A stretch of 50,987 nt of DNA. It comes from Escherichia phage JLBYU10. Both the position numbers and the translations under genes were made by a program. Location of the stretch: sequence record OK272486.1, one strand, 5' to 3'. The first letter of the stretch is position 1; every line of letters begins with the position of its first letter. Positions 25,280 to 34,289 of the stretch are shown here, in pieces. The notes under the pieces are model-generated. The model was not told the DNA's origin, searched no databases, and saw nothing but the letters and a program-made list of their open reading frames with translations.

Positions 25280-26572
25280 ATGAGTGAAAAAACAAGGCTA
25301 GTTAAGGCCGATGGATACAACGAGATTTTCAAGGGCAGCAAGGGCAATGGGCGTGTGGAGTTGCCTTTCTTTATGCAAGGGTTCGAATACACCACGCACG
25401 CTGATTTTTACATTCGCGACGGCCTAGCAAAACGAATCATCGACGTTGTTCCAGAAGAAATGGTGACGCCTGGATTTAATATTGACGGCGTGGAAGACGA
25501 GGAAAGTTTTAGATCTTTGTGGGATGAGAAGCGACTAAACGATAAAATCATTGATGCGCTTTGCTGGTCGCGTCTTTTTGGTGGCGCTGCAATCGTGGCA
25601 ATCGTTCAGGATGGCAGGGCATTAAAGTCACCTGTAGCGCCTGGTGCAATCCTTGAAGATGTTCGCGTTTACGATCGCTTTCAGGTTCGCGTAGAAAAGC
25701 GAGAAACCAATCCGCGCAAGGTGCGATATGGTGAGCCATTGATTTACACCATTACACCTGGTGCTGACCTGCCAGAATACCAGGTTCACTATTCGCGAGT
25801 CTGTATTATCGACGGTGAGCGGCTACCAAATCAGCGACGTCAGTCAAATGATGGTTGGGGTGAGTCGATCCTGAATAAGCGACTTGTTGAGGCCATTTGT
25901 GATTATAACTACTGCGAAAACTTAGCAACTCAATTGTTGCGACGTAAGCAACAGGCGGTATGGAAAGCTAAAGGTCTTGCTGATCTTTGTGATGATGATG
26001 ATGGTGTTAGCGCCGCACGTTTGCGCCTTGCTCAAGTTGATGATGAGGGTGGCGTGGGCCGTGCGATCGGCATTGATGCGGAAGATGAGGAATATGATGT
26101 TTTAAATTCTGATATTTCCGGCGTCGATTCATTCCTTGAAAAGAAGATGGATCGCATTGTATCTCTTTCCGGCATCCATGAAATCATCCTCAAAAACAAG
26201 AACGTTGGCGGTGTTAGTGCGAGCCAAAACACGGCGCTTGAAACCTTCTACAAGCTGATCGACCGAAAGCGAAAGGAAGAATACAAACCAATCCTTGAAT
26301 TTCTGATCCCGTTCCTGATTCAAGAACAAGAATGGAGTATTCATTTTGCGCCGTTAAGCGTTCCCAGCGAAAAGGACCAGGCCGAGATCTTGAACAAGAA
26401 TATTGATTCTTTGAGCAAGGCTATTGACGGTCAATTCATGGATACAGAGGAGGCGCGCGACACATTGCGAGCCATTGCGCCTAACGTTAAACTAAAAGAC
26501 GGCAATAACATTAAATTACCTGAGCAGGACGTAGAGCCGGAGCCAGGAACAACCGAGGGTAACGATCAATGA
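25280..26572 (+). CDS. portal protein
   Basis: ORF 25274..26572 trimmed to ATG; ~430 aa with acidic C-terminus; follows TerL. Confidence 0.6.
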   Translation: MSEKTRLVKADGYNEIFKGSKGNGRVELPFFMQGFEYTTHADFYIRDGLAKRIIDVVPEEMVTPGFNIDGVEDEESFRSLWDEKRLNDKIIDALCWSRLFGGAAIVAIVQDGRALKSPVAPGAILEDVRVYDRFQVRVEKRETNPRKVRYGEPLIYTITPGADLPEYQVHYSRVCIIDGERLPNQRRQSNDGWGESILNKRLVEAICDYNYCENLATQLLRRKQQAVWKAKGLADLCDDDDGVSAARLRLAQVDDEGGVGRAIGIDAEDEEYDVLNSDISGVDSFLEKKMDRIVSLSGIHEIILKNKNVGGVSASQNTALETFYKLIDRKRKEEYKPILEFLIPFLIQEQEWSIHFAPLSVPSEKDQAEILNKNIDSLSKAIDGQFMDTEEARDTLRAIAPNVKLKDGNNIKLPEQDVEPEPGTTEGNDQ

Positions 26573-27324
26573 TAGTGAAAGGCGTCGTTAAACAATGGCG
26601 CTTTCCTGAAGCAAGCGAGCGGCAATTGCGCCGCTCAATTCAGGAGGCGATAAGGGATCTTGTTGTGCTGATGCGCAGCAAAACAAAGGAAATGAAATTT
26701 GACGCGGACACCGAAGAAATCAACGCCGCAGAGGATGAGATTAGTAGCTTCGTGTTAAAGCTAATAGCTGGCATCGCCGCATCGCTTCCGGCTATCGGTC
26801 TTGCTGTTTATAAATTCAACGCGAAGCAATTTATTAACGTAGCCAAATCAACGGGAGGCAAGTCAAATTCCGCCGTTATCATCCTTATGGCTATTGGGGC
26901 CAATGCGAATGAGAGTTGGTATAGGACGCTATACGGTCAATGGCATGACATGACGATCGCATCTCTTCAAAAACTATTTGGAAACATCGTGTCTGACTGG
27001 TCAACCAATATTAGATTGGCAAACTTTCGCGGAATGAGAGATAGCCAGGTCAATGAATTGGCTGGTAAGAGATTTGCAGTGTATAGCTCTTGGGGTAAGA
27101 CCAGGGCGGAAAACATCATAGGCGCTTGGAATAGTAGACTCATGCGCCAGCGTCTGTATGATGCAAAAGTAACTCATTATTTTTGGCATGGTATGCTTGA
27201 TGACAGAGAGCGATTGCAGCATGTACAATGGGAAGGTAAGCGCATTGCGCTAGATTCTGAACATGATTTTCCTGGTGAGCCTTTCGGTTGTCGTTGTTGG
27301 GCCATACCAGATTGGAACAGTTAA
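26569..27324 (+). CDS. head morphogenesis protein (Mu F / SPP1 gp7-like)
   Basis: ORF track; position after portal. Confidence 0.45.
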   Translation: MIVKGVVKQWRFPEASERQLRRSIQEAIRDLVVLMRSKTKEMKFDADTEEINAAEDEISSFVLKLIAGIAASLPAIGLAVYKFNAKQFINVAKSTGGKSNSAVIILMAIGANANESWYRTLYGQWHDMTIASLQKLFGNIVSDWSTNIRLANFRGMRDSQVNELAGKRFAVYSSWGKTRAENIIGAWNSRLMRQRLYDAKVTHYFWHGMLDDRERLQHVQWEGKRIALDSEHDFPGEPFGCRCWAIPDWNS

Positions 27325-27334
27325 GAGGTGTTAA

Positions 27335-28450
27335 ATGAAGGCAAAACAAAGATTTGATAGCGCCAAAGTAAAGGCGCACTTTGATGATAACGGGTTTTTA
27401 GTTGATCGCCCTATCGTGGCGCGAATTGGTTTACAAGTCTATCAGACTCCTTTCGGTGAGCGCAGAGAATTTCGTCCGGCGTCCGAAGTATTCAAGGCCG
27501 ACTCGCTCGCCACCTTCGCAGGTAAGCCAGTCACGGTTGGTCACGTCACGGTAACGCCAGAAAACGCCGAAAAGGTTGTAGTTGGTTCTTGTGCTGGCGC
27601 TGGTGTGCCGAACGGGATCGGCGTAGAGGTTCCGTTAAGCATTTACTCAAAACGAGCAATCGAAAGCGCAAAGAAGCGAGACACGGCGGAAATTTCAGTT
27701 GGTTATACATCGGTTGATATTGATAAACCAGGCTGGGGCAATAATAAAACTGGTGAGTACGTTTTCGATGAGGACGTTAGCGAAGACTGGAAACCTGATT
27801 CTCCTGATTGGGTTAAGTTTGATGCAATCCAGACTGAAATCAAGGTAAACCACATCGCGTTAGTTTTCCGAGGTCGAGCTGGCATTGCAAAATTAAACCT
27901 TGATAGCCAGCAAGATTTTCCGTATAGTGACGACGTTATTAACAACAAAGAGGATCAAATCATGACTGTAAAAATTAAACTGGATGGCGCTGTAGAGTTT
28001 GACGTGCCGAAAGCGGTTGCGGATCACATTGAATCACTGAAAGCTGATGCCAAAGCGCAGAAAGAAAAGGCGGACGGCCTGGAAGCTGAGCGAGATGCAC
28101 TGCAAACCAAAGTAGATGGCATTCAGGATCAGATTGATGCCGCAGTCAAGAAAGCCAAAGAAGATGCCGCGCAACATGCTCAATTAGTGGCAGACGCTAA
28201 AGAGTTAGGCATCAAGTGCGACGGCCTGGATGCGAAAGCAATCAAGGTTGCATACATCAAGGAAGTTATGGGCAATGACGTTTCTGATAAAACTGATGCC
28301 TATATCGAAACAGCTTTCGACATCGCCAAAAACTCTGATAAAATGGCGGCGCAGCGTAAGAGCATTAAAGGTGACTCTTTCGCGAATGAAAAGCAGGATG
28401 ACGCAGGTTCTAAGCTGAATCCTAACGCTCGTTTTGAGAAACTGAAATAA
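27335..28450 (+). CDS. head scaffolding protein (coiled-coil C-terminal half)
   Basis: ORF track; Ala/Lys/Asp/Glu-rich helical C-terminus; before capsid genes. Confidence 0.45.
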   Translation: MKAKQRFDSAKVKAHFDDNGFLVDRPIVARIGLQVYQTPFGERREFRPASEVFKADSLATFAGKPVTVGHVTVTPENAEKVVVGSCAGAGVPNGIGVEVPLSIYSKRAIESAKKRDTAEISVGYTSVDIDKPGWGNNKTGEYVFDEDVSEDWKPDSPDWVKFDAIQTEIKVNHIALVFRGRAGIAKLNLDSQQDFPYSDDVINNKEDQIMTVKIKLDGAVEFDVPKAVADHIESLKADAKAQKEKADGLEAERDALQTKVDGIQDQIDAAVKKAKEDAAQHAQLVADAKELGIKCDGLDAKAIKVAYIKEVMGNDVSDKTDAYIETAFDIAKNSDKMAAQRKSIKGDSFANEKQDDAGSKLNPNARFEKLK

Positions 28451-28462
28451 GGAGTAATTAAA

Positions 28463-28972
28463 ATGGCTAAAATTGGAGCAAGTTATTTTGACACTATGGC
28501 GCGTGCGCTTCCTGGTCAGGTATCCGATACTTCGGCATATAACATCGACGGCGCTTGTGTTCTTGACAAGGAAGACGGCATCCCAATCCTGGTTGGCGTG
28601 GCTGTTAAGCTAAAAGGCGTTGACTCAATGGGTAATAAGCTGATCGACGCTATTTCTGGTAGTGGTGATGTTCCTTATGGCGTTGGCATCCGTTCGCACT
28701 TTCAAACTACGGCTGATAATGGACGAATGGTTTATGAGGCTGGCGGCGGAATCAACGTTATGACAGAGGGCCGCGTTTGGATGGTTGGCGATGATACCGA
28801 CAAGAGCAAAAAACCATCGTATCGTGATCCTGTAAAAATTGATGAAAACACTGGCAAGGTGAAAAGTGCTGGCACTATCAATACCAACTGGATTTACACG
28901 GGAGATAAAACCACATTTGGAACTGGCGATGATGTGTTGACTTTGTTTGAAGTTCAGGTCTTCCCAAGCTAA
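28463..28972 (+). CDS. capsid-associated protein, paralog 1
   Basis: ORF track; shares AYNIDG and VWMVGDD-like blocks with next ORF. Confidence 0.4.
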   Translation: MAKIGASYFDTMARALPGQVSDTSAYNIDGACVLDKEDGIPILVGVAVKLKGVDSMGNKLIDAISGSGDVPYGVGIRSHFQTTADNGRMVYEAGGGINVMTEGRVWMVGDDTDKSKKPSYRDPVKIDENTGKVKSAGTINTNWIYTGDKTTFGTGDDVLTLFEVQVFPS

Positions 28973-28976
28973 AATT

Positions 28977-29003
28977 AAGGCGCTCGCTTGAGCGCCTTTT
29001 TTA
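28977..29003 (+). terminator. rho-independent terminator
   Basis: GGCGCTC..GAGCGCC stem followed by T6. Confidence 0.55.
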
Positions 29004-29022
29004 TTATGTAAGGAGAAATGAA

Positions 29023-29805
29023 ATGGCTAAAGATTATTCATCTGTTATGGGTCTTTCTTGCCCTGGTTGTTTGGTTGATTCTACTCGCTACAATATTGAT
29101 GGAACTGGCGTTTGCGGATCTGAGTCGATCATTGCTGGCAAAGTTGTTTTCTTCAAAGAGAGAGCGGAAGGTTATAACATATTTGTTGATCATAAAGAGT
29201 ATGATGCTGTGGTTGCTGGCGTCGCGCTAAGGAGCAACATAACAACGACAGTTAACGAGGAAGACGGGTATTCAGACTACAAGGAAGGAGACGCCATCAA
29301 CATTTTGACAAGAGGTGTTGTATGGTGTGTAACTCAAACAATTGAATCTCCTCCTGAACATGGCGATCTTGTTTATGTTAACAATGATGGCTTTGTAGCA
29401 AAGAGTGACGGGGATGAAATCGTCGATGGCTGGATTTTTACTGGTGACTTCTACAAGTTTGATGAAACAATAAACATAGTAGGAGTAAGGATAACGCCGC
29501 TTCATCATAGAAAATACCTTCTTACTGGTGCGATAATTGAGGCTGAAAATGGCTACATAGAGGGAACAGAGACGGTTAATAACGTTCAATTAAAGGTAAC
29601 GGTTGTTCCTACTTGGGCTGATGACAAAACTGGTCAGTGGACAATTACAAACGAGCAAGATCCAAAGGTTGCCAGCGTTAGCCGTACAGGTCTTGTTGTT
29701 CCTACTGGTGTAGGAGGCAGAGTTAACGTCAACTGGACTGCTAATGATGGTTCTGGAGTTGCTGACCAGTTTGATATTGTATTTACGAGAACAGCTGGCG
29801 AATAG
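29023..29805 (+). CDS. capsid-associated protein, paralog 2
   Basis: ORF track; paralogous N-terminus to 28463..28972. Confidence 0.4.
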   Translation: MAKDYSSVMGLSCPGCLVDSTRYNIDGTGVCGSESIIAGKVVFFKERAEGYNIFVDHKEYDAVVAGVALRSNITTTVNEEDGYSDYKEGDAINILTRGVVWCVTQTIESPPEHGDLVYVNNDGFVAKSDGDEIVDGWIFTGDFYKFDETINIVGVRITPLHHRKYLLTGAIIEAENGYIEGTETVNNVQLKVTVVPTWADDKTGQWTITNEQDPKVASVSRTGLVVPTGVGGRVNVNWTANDGSGVADQFDIVFTRTAGE

Positions 29806-29829
29806 CTAATAGCATAAAAAAACATTGCA

Positions 29830-29848
29830 CGTTTAACAAAAAGTGCTA
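29830..29848 (-). repeat. motif copy in inverted orientation (GTTTAACAAAAAGTGCTAT) upstream of capsid gene
   Basis: Reverse complement of motif inside a rightward operon, next to a terminator. Confidence 0.45.
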
Positions 29849-29853
29849 TCATC

Positions 29854-29882
29854 TAGGCCGTTACATTTAACGGCCTTTTTTA
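29854..29882 (+). terminator. rho-independent terminator
   Basis: AGGCCGTT..AACGGCCT stem followed by T-run. Confidence 0.55.
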
Positions 29883-29895
29883 TGGAGGAAGCAAA

Positions 29896-30867
29896 ATGGC
29901 TAAAAAATATGATGAACTAGATGCTACGATTGTAGCGAATCATTTGCAGATTCAGGGTGTCAAGACCGACGCTTCTGATATGGGTATTTGGACCGCTCAA
30001 GAGCTACACAAGATCCGCTCTACCGCATACGAGAAAGAGTATCCGGCAGGTTCCGCGCTTCGCGTATTCCCCGTAACAAACGAGCTTTCTGATACTGACA
30101 AGACTTTCGAGTATCAGACTTTTGATAAGGTTGGCTACGCGAAAATTATCGCAGACTACACCGATGATCTGCCAACTGTGGACGCGCTGATGACTTCTGA
30201 GTTTGGCAAAGTGTTCCGCCTGGGTAACGCTTTCCTGATCTCAATTGACGAAATCAAAGCAGGTCAGCGAACTGGTAAAAGCCTTTCTACTCGCAAGGCT
30301 AACGCAGCGCAGAATGCACATGATCAGCTTATTAACTTCCTGGTTTTCAAAGGTTCCAAGCCTCATAAGATCGTTTCCGTTTTCGATCATCCAAACCTGA
30401 CTAAAATCACGTCAAAAGGATGGCTGAGTAACGACGGAAACACCAAGTTTCCAGAAGTTGCAAGCGATGAACTGGAGGCCGCAATCGAAACGATCGAGGA
30501 AGTAACAAAAGGCCAGCACCGCGCGACTAACATCCTGATCCCGCCGTCCATGCGCAAAGTCCTGACGGTTCGAATGGAAAATACCACTGAAAGTTATCTG
30601 GAATACTTCCAGAAGCAAAACGGCGGTATCACTATCGACTCTATCGCAGAGCTTGAGGATATTGACGGCAAAGGTACGAAAGGTTGCTTGGTTTACGAAA
30701 AAGATCCAATGAACATGAGCATTGAGATTCCAGAAGCGTTTAACATGCTTCCGGCGCAGCCAAAAGACCTTCACTTAAAGGTTCCTTGCACTTCCAAGTG
30801 TACTGGCCTTACGATTTACCGTCCGTTTACGATGGTGCTTATTACTGGCTTGAAAAAGTCAGCTTAA
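29896..30867 (+). CDS. major capsid protein
   Basis: 323 aa ORF with strong GGAGGAAGC RBS, flanked by terminators, downstream of scaffold. Confidence 0.65.
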   Translation: MAKKYDELDATIVANHLQIQGVKTDASDMGIWTAQELHKIRSTAYEKEYPAGSALRVFPVTNELSDTDKTFEYQTFDKVGYAKIIADYTDDLPTVDALMTSEFGKVFRLGNAFLISIDEIKAGQRTGKSLSTRKANAAQNAHDQLINFLVFKGSKPHKIVSVFDHPNLTKITSKGWLSNDGNTKFPEVASDELEAAIETIEEVTKGQHRATNILIPPSMRKVLTVRMENTTESYLEYFQKQNGGITIDSIAELEDIDGKGTKGCLVYEKDPMNMSIEIPEAFNMLPAQPKDLHLKVPCTSKCTGLTIYRPFTMVLITGLKKSA

Positions 30868-30877
30868 TTAGATAACA

Positions 30878-30907
30878 TGGGGAGCCTTAAGGGTTCCCCT
30901 TTTTTAT
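30878..30907 (+). terminator. rho-independent terminator after capsid gene
   Basis: GGGGAGCC..GGGTTCCCC stem followed by T-run. Confidence 0.6.
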
Positions 30908-30923
30908 TTATGGAGTACACAAA

Positions 30924-31190
30924 ATGAGCAAAACTTTAAAACTTAAAGTAACTGGCGTTTGCATGATTATTATGGACGGTAAGCGTTATCATCCTGGTGA
31001 TGAAATTGAAATTGAATCAGATCGCATTAATGATTCCGCAATTGAATACCTGATCGCTCGCGGCGATGTGGAAGTTAAAGACAATTCCGAAATTAACGAG
31101 CAAATCAAGGAGAAAGCGGAGAAGAAGCGCAAAAAAGATCCTACCGAGGGCAAGAGCCGCAAAGAGCTAGAGGATGGCGGCGAATATTAA
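30924..31190 (+). CDS. hypothetical head protein
   Basis: ORF track. Confidence 0.4.
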   Translation: MSKTLKLKVTGVCMIIMDGKRYHPGDEIEIESDRINDSAIEYLIARGDVEVKDNSEINEQIKEKAEKKRKKDPTEGKSRKELEDGGEY

Positions 31191-31195
31191 TAATT

Positions 31196-31214
31196 GGGGC
31201 GCTTATGCGCCCCT
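31196..31214 (+). terminator. hairpin GGGGCGC-TTAT-GCGCCCC (weak terminator/attenuator), part of repeated hairpin-RBS cassette
   Basis: Near-identical cassette at 47395..47435. Confidence 0.35.
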
Positions 31215-31236
31215 TGTCATATCTGGAGAAAACAAA

Positions 31237-31656
31237 ATGGTAGATGAATTTTATACAGACGCTGAAATCGTTCAGCAAATCGTAAAGTTGGCCCCACCAA
31301 TGCAGCAGGTTGATCCCGATTTAATTGTGGCATGGATTGAGCTTGCTAAAGAATTTGTTTGCAAAAAACGGTTTAAAAACTCATACCCTAAAGCGGTTGC
31401 GCTTTACACTCTTCACCTTATGACCTTAGACGGGGCAATGAAACAGGAAGGTGAAAGCGTAGAAAGCTATTCCCGCCGCGTTGCATCGTTCACTCTGACT
31501 GGTGAGTTTAGTCAGACGTTTGATCGAATTTCTTCCGATACAAGCGGAAAGCAGATCCGACAAACGCCGTGGGGCAAAATGTACGAAGTGTTAAACCGTA
31601 AGCACGGTGGCGGCTTTGGCCTTGTGACTGGATTGCGCCGGAGATGCTGCCGATGA
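31237..31656 (+). CDS. head-tail connector/adaptor protein (putative)
   Basis: ORF 31174..31656 trimmed to Met with GGAGAAAACAAA RBS; position. Confidence 0.4.
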   Translation: MVDEFYTDAEIVQQIVKLAPPMQQVDPDLIVAWIELAKEFVCKKRFKNSYPKAVALYTLHLMTLDGAMKQEGESVESYSRRVASFTLTGEFSQTFDRISSDTSGKQIRQTPWGKMYEVLNRKHGGGFGLVTGLRRRCCR

Positions 31657-32027
31657 ACTACAATGAGATTGCAAGAATGGCTACGGATGGGATTAACTTT
31701 TTCAGCGATGCTAACGGTATGTTTAAGTGCATCACGCAGCAGGGAGGGGTTGAGATTATCGGCGGAGAGGAAGTTACCAAGCCGGAGATTTCAGTGATGA
31801 TAAAGGGGCTTGTTAGATCTCCGAGGACTAGAGAGGTTGACGGTGAAACAATCCGAGTAACCGACAAGTTGGGGATATTCACCAATGAAACTGAGATCAA
31901 AAATGGTTATCAGATTGAAATTGATGGCGATCGTTACGTTGTCGTTGAAGCAAGACCAGTCAGGCAGACTAACATCACGGCAGCTTATCGTCCGATATTA
32001 AGGAGGATTGCAGTGCATGGCGGATAA
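31644..32027 (+). CDS. head-tail joining protein (putative)
   Basis: ORF track; position. Confidence 0.4.
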   Translation: MLPMNYNEIARMATDGINFFSDANGMFKCITQQGGVEIIGGEEVTKPEISVMIKGLVRSPRTREVDGETIRVTDKLGIFTNETEIKNGYQIEIDGDRYVVVEARPVRQTNITAAYRPILRRIAVHGG

Positions 32028-32460
32028 TTATAAGATCAGGGAATTTCACGGTGATATAAGCAGGTGGATTGATTCAGTAAGCAGCGGCCTTGTTGATTGC
32101 GTTGAAATGTTCGCGACAAACGTCCACGAGGATCTTGTAAAGCGTTCGCCAGTTGATACGGGCCGATATAAAGCTAACTGGCAGGTAACAGCAAACAAGC
32201 CGCCGCTATATGCTCTCAATCAATACGATCGCGATGGTAGTAAAACCATTGCAGAAGGCAAGCGAGCAATATATGCAATCATGCGGGGCGGTGGCGCGGT
32301 GCGGTCAATCTATTTTTCAAACATGCTTATTTACGCCAATGCGCTTGAATACGGGCATTCAAAACAAGCGCCGTCCGGCGTGCTGGGAATCGTGGCGGTA
32401 AAGCTGCGATCCTATATGACTAAGGCAATAAAGGATTCGAGGGCAAAAAATGCACTATGA
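32008..32460 (+). CDS. neck/tail terminator protein (putative)
   Basis: ORF track; position. Confidence 0.4.
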   Translation: MQCMADNYKIREFHGDISRWIDSVSSGLVDCVEMFATNVHEDLVKRSPVDTGRYKANWQVTANKPPLYALNQYDRDGSKTIAEGKRAIYAIMRGGGAVRSIYFSNMLIYANALEYGHSKQAPSGVLGIVAVKLRSYMTKAIKDSRAKNAL

Positions 32461-32851
32461 TTTAATGTTATCGGCAAGAAAGGCGCTGGCGGAGGAATAT
32501 GAATCACGATTCAAGATCGCCTATGAAAACGTTGATTTTGTTCCGCCTGGTGATGGTTCGATGTGGTTAAAATTTGACTACATGGAAGCCGACACAGATC
32601 GCATATCTCTTGATAGAAAATGCGTTTCTTATATCGGATTGGTTCAGGTTGGAATTGTTATGCCTCCTGGCGGCGGCACTGATAAAGCGCGTTTGCTGGC
32701 TAAAGAGATTGCGAGATTTTTCTATGATGGTAGAATGTTTGAAACTGGCTATATTAGCGAGGGGGCAAACGTCCACGCATTACTAAAAAGTGAAACAGGT
32801 TGGTTCTTACCGATCCGTTTCAGTGTTAGGCTTGACACAAAGGAGGAATAA
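32450..32851 (+). CDS. tail completion protein (putative)
   Basis: ORF track; position. Confidence 0.4.
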   Translation: MHYDLMLSARKALAEEYESRFKIAYENVDFVPPGDGSMWLKFDYMEADTDRISLDRKCVSYIGLVQVGIVMPPGGGTDKARLLAKEIARFFYDGRMFETGYISEGANVHALLKSETGWFLPIRFSVRLDTKEE

Positions 32852-32853
32852 TC

Positions 32854-33516
32854 ATGCACTTGCCTAATGGTTCTCAAATTTTCATCGGCGTTAATATGGG
32901 TGAGCCAATTAGCGCGACTCAAATCAGCAATGCTGATAATCCTGTTTTTACAACCGAAAACACTCAAAGCATCAAAAAAGGCGCTTATGTTCTTATTGAA
33001 ACATCTTCTTGGGGCAAACTTGTTAGTCGAGTGCTTCGAGTTAAGGAAGTATCAGATAATGTAAGTGTTACTCTTGAGGGTGTTAGCACTAAAGATACAA
33101 ACGTATTTCCAGAAGGACAGAACACAGCAACCTTCCGAGAAGTAAAATCATGGGTAGAGATTCCTTGCGTGCAGGATCTTGCGCAGGACGGCGGCGAGCA
33201 ACAGTATTACACTTATCAGTGTTTGGCTGACGACCAGGAGCAGCAGTTACCGACCTATAAGAGCGCCGTTTCTCTTACCTACACTTTCGCGCATGAATAT
33301 GATAACCCGATTTATCCGATCTTGCGCGAGGCTGAGGAATCCGGCGACGTAACAGCTTTGCGTATGTACGTGCCGAAAGCTAAAGAGATGCGTTGCTGGG
33401 CTGGCGTATTGTCTTTTAATGACATTCCGCAAACAACTATGAACGAAATGGAAACTGTTTCCCTTTCTGTATCTCTGAAAGTCCGATTCACGTTCTTACC
33501 TTCCGACGTTAAGTAA
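32854..33516 (+). CDS. major tail protein
   Basis: 220 aa; followed by terminator then chaperone/tape measure genes. Confidence 0.55.
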   Translation: MHLPNGSQIFIGVNMGEPISATQISNADNPVFTTENTQSIKKGAYVLIETSSWGKLVSRVLRVKEVSDNVSVTLEGVSTKDTNVFPEGQNTATFREVKSWVEIPCVQDLAQDGGEQQYYTYQCLADDQEQQLPTYKSAVSLTYTFAHEYDNPIYPILREAEESGDVTALRMYVPKAKEMRCWAGVLSFNDIPQTTMNEMETVSLSVSLKVRFTFLPSDVK

Positions 33517-33543
33517 AACAAGGGGCGTTGCGCCCCTTTTTTC
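33517..33543 (+). terminator. rho-independent terminator after major tail gene
   Basis: GGGGCG-TTG-CGCCCC stem followed by T-run. Confidence 0.6.
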
Positions 33544-33581
33544 ATTCCTGTAAAATCAATCTATCAAATAAATTAATTCCA

Positions 33582-33601
33582 CTTTTAACAAAAAGTGCTA
33601 T
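33582..33601 (-). repeat. motif copy in inverted orientation (CTTTTAACAAAAAGTGCTAT) abutting RBS of chaperone gene
   Basis: Reverse complement of motif followed immediately by AAGGAG and ATG at 33616. Confidence 0.45.
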
Positions 33602-33615
33602 AAGGAGATCTTAAG

Positions 33616-33933
33616 ATGGCAAAGATGAAACTAACGTTAGGCCCACTTCCTGATTTTAAGCTGCCTGTTTCTTTCGTGCTTCCAAATGGTGATGAGCAAG
33701 TTATTGTTTTTACCGTGCGCCACAAGAAGGCAAGCGAAATTCACGAACGATACACGGCAGAAAAGCCGATGAGCGACGTAGAAATGATCACCTTCCTTGC
33801 TTCCGGTTGGGATTTGGAAGATGAATTTAACGAGGAAAACGTTGCTAAATTGCTGGATTATTACCCGTCTGCGTCATTATCGCTGACTGGTCATTATATG
33901 AAAGCACTTGCGGGGCAGCGGGTAAAAAACTAA
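33616..33933 (+). CDS. tail assembly chaperone (lambda G-like)
   Basis: ORF immediately upstream of tape measure gene; ends 3 nt after slippery heptamer. Confidence 0.55.
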   Translation: MAKMKLTLGPLPDFKLPVSFVLPNGDEQVIVFTVRHKKASEIHERYTAEKPMSDVEMITFLASGWDLEDEFNEENVAKLLDYYPSASLSLTGHYMKALAGQRVKN

Positions 33934-34250
33934 AGCGGGCGGTTTACCTGTTTTACCTCAAGCCGCCAACTGACGCACAATTAGAGGCCGTCGGCCTATC
34001 CCGTTCAGACTACGAAGGGGAGGATCCGCCGGAGGTAATTTTTGATGAATCAATGTTTCAATCTTGGGATCTGTTTTGCGCTATGCAGACGCAATGGAGA
34101 TCGACTAGCGGCAGTGTGTATGGGTTCGACTATAACGTTTTGCCTATGCTTTTTGACATTTACAAGATTGAGGATCGGGAGATGGCGCTAAATGATTTGC
34201 GCATCATGGAACAAAAGGCGCTAGAAATGATTCATTCAAACAAAACATAA
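33616..34250 (+). CDS. tail assembly chaperone frameshift product (lambda GT-like fusion, ~211 aa)
   Basis: -1 frame after heptamer joins ORF 34053..34250 with no stop; conserved arrangement before tape measure genes. Confidence 0.45.
33924..33930 (+). other. candidate -1 programmed ribosomal frameshift site A_AAA_AAC
   Basis: X_XXY_YYZ heptamer just before stop; -1 frame open to 34250. Confidence 0.5.
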
Positions 34251-34271
34251 GCGCCGCGAGGCGCTTTTTTA
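34250..34271 (+). terminator. rho-independent terminator/attenuator
   Basis: GCGCC-GCGA-GGCGC stem followed by T6. Confidence 0.5.
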
Positions 34272-34289
34272 ATATCTGGAGGTTTTAAA

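Noticed and set aside
29018-29230. ORF 29018..29230 (70 aa, hydrophobic)
   Set aside because: Out-of-frame overlap with the better-supported 29023..29805 gene starting 5 bp later.
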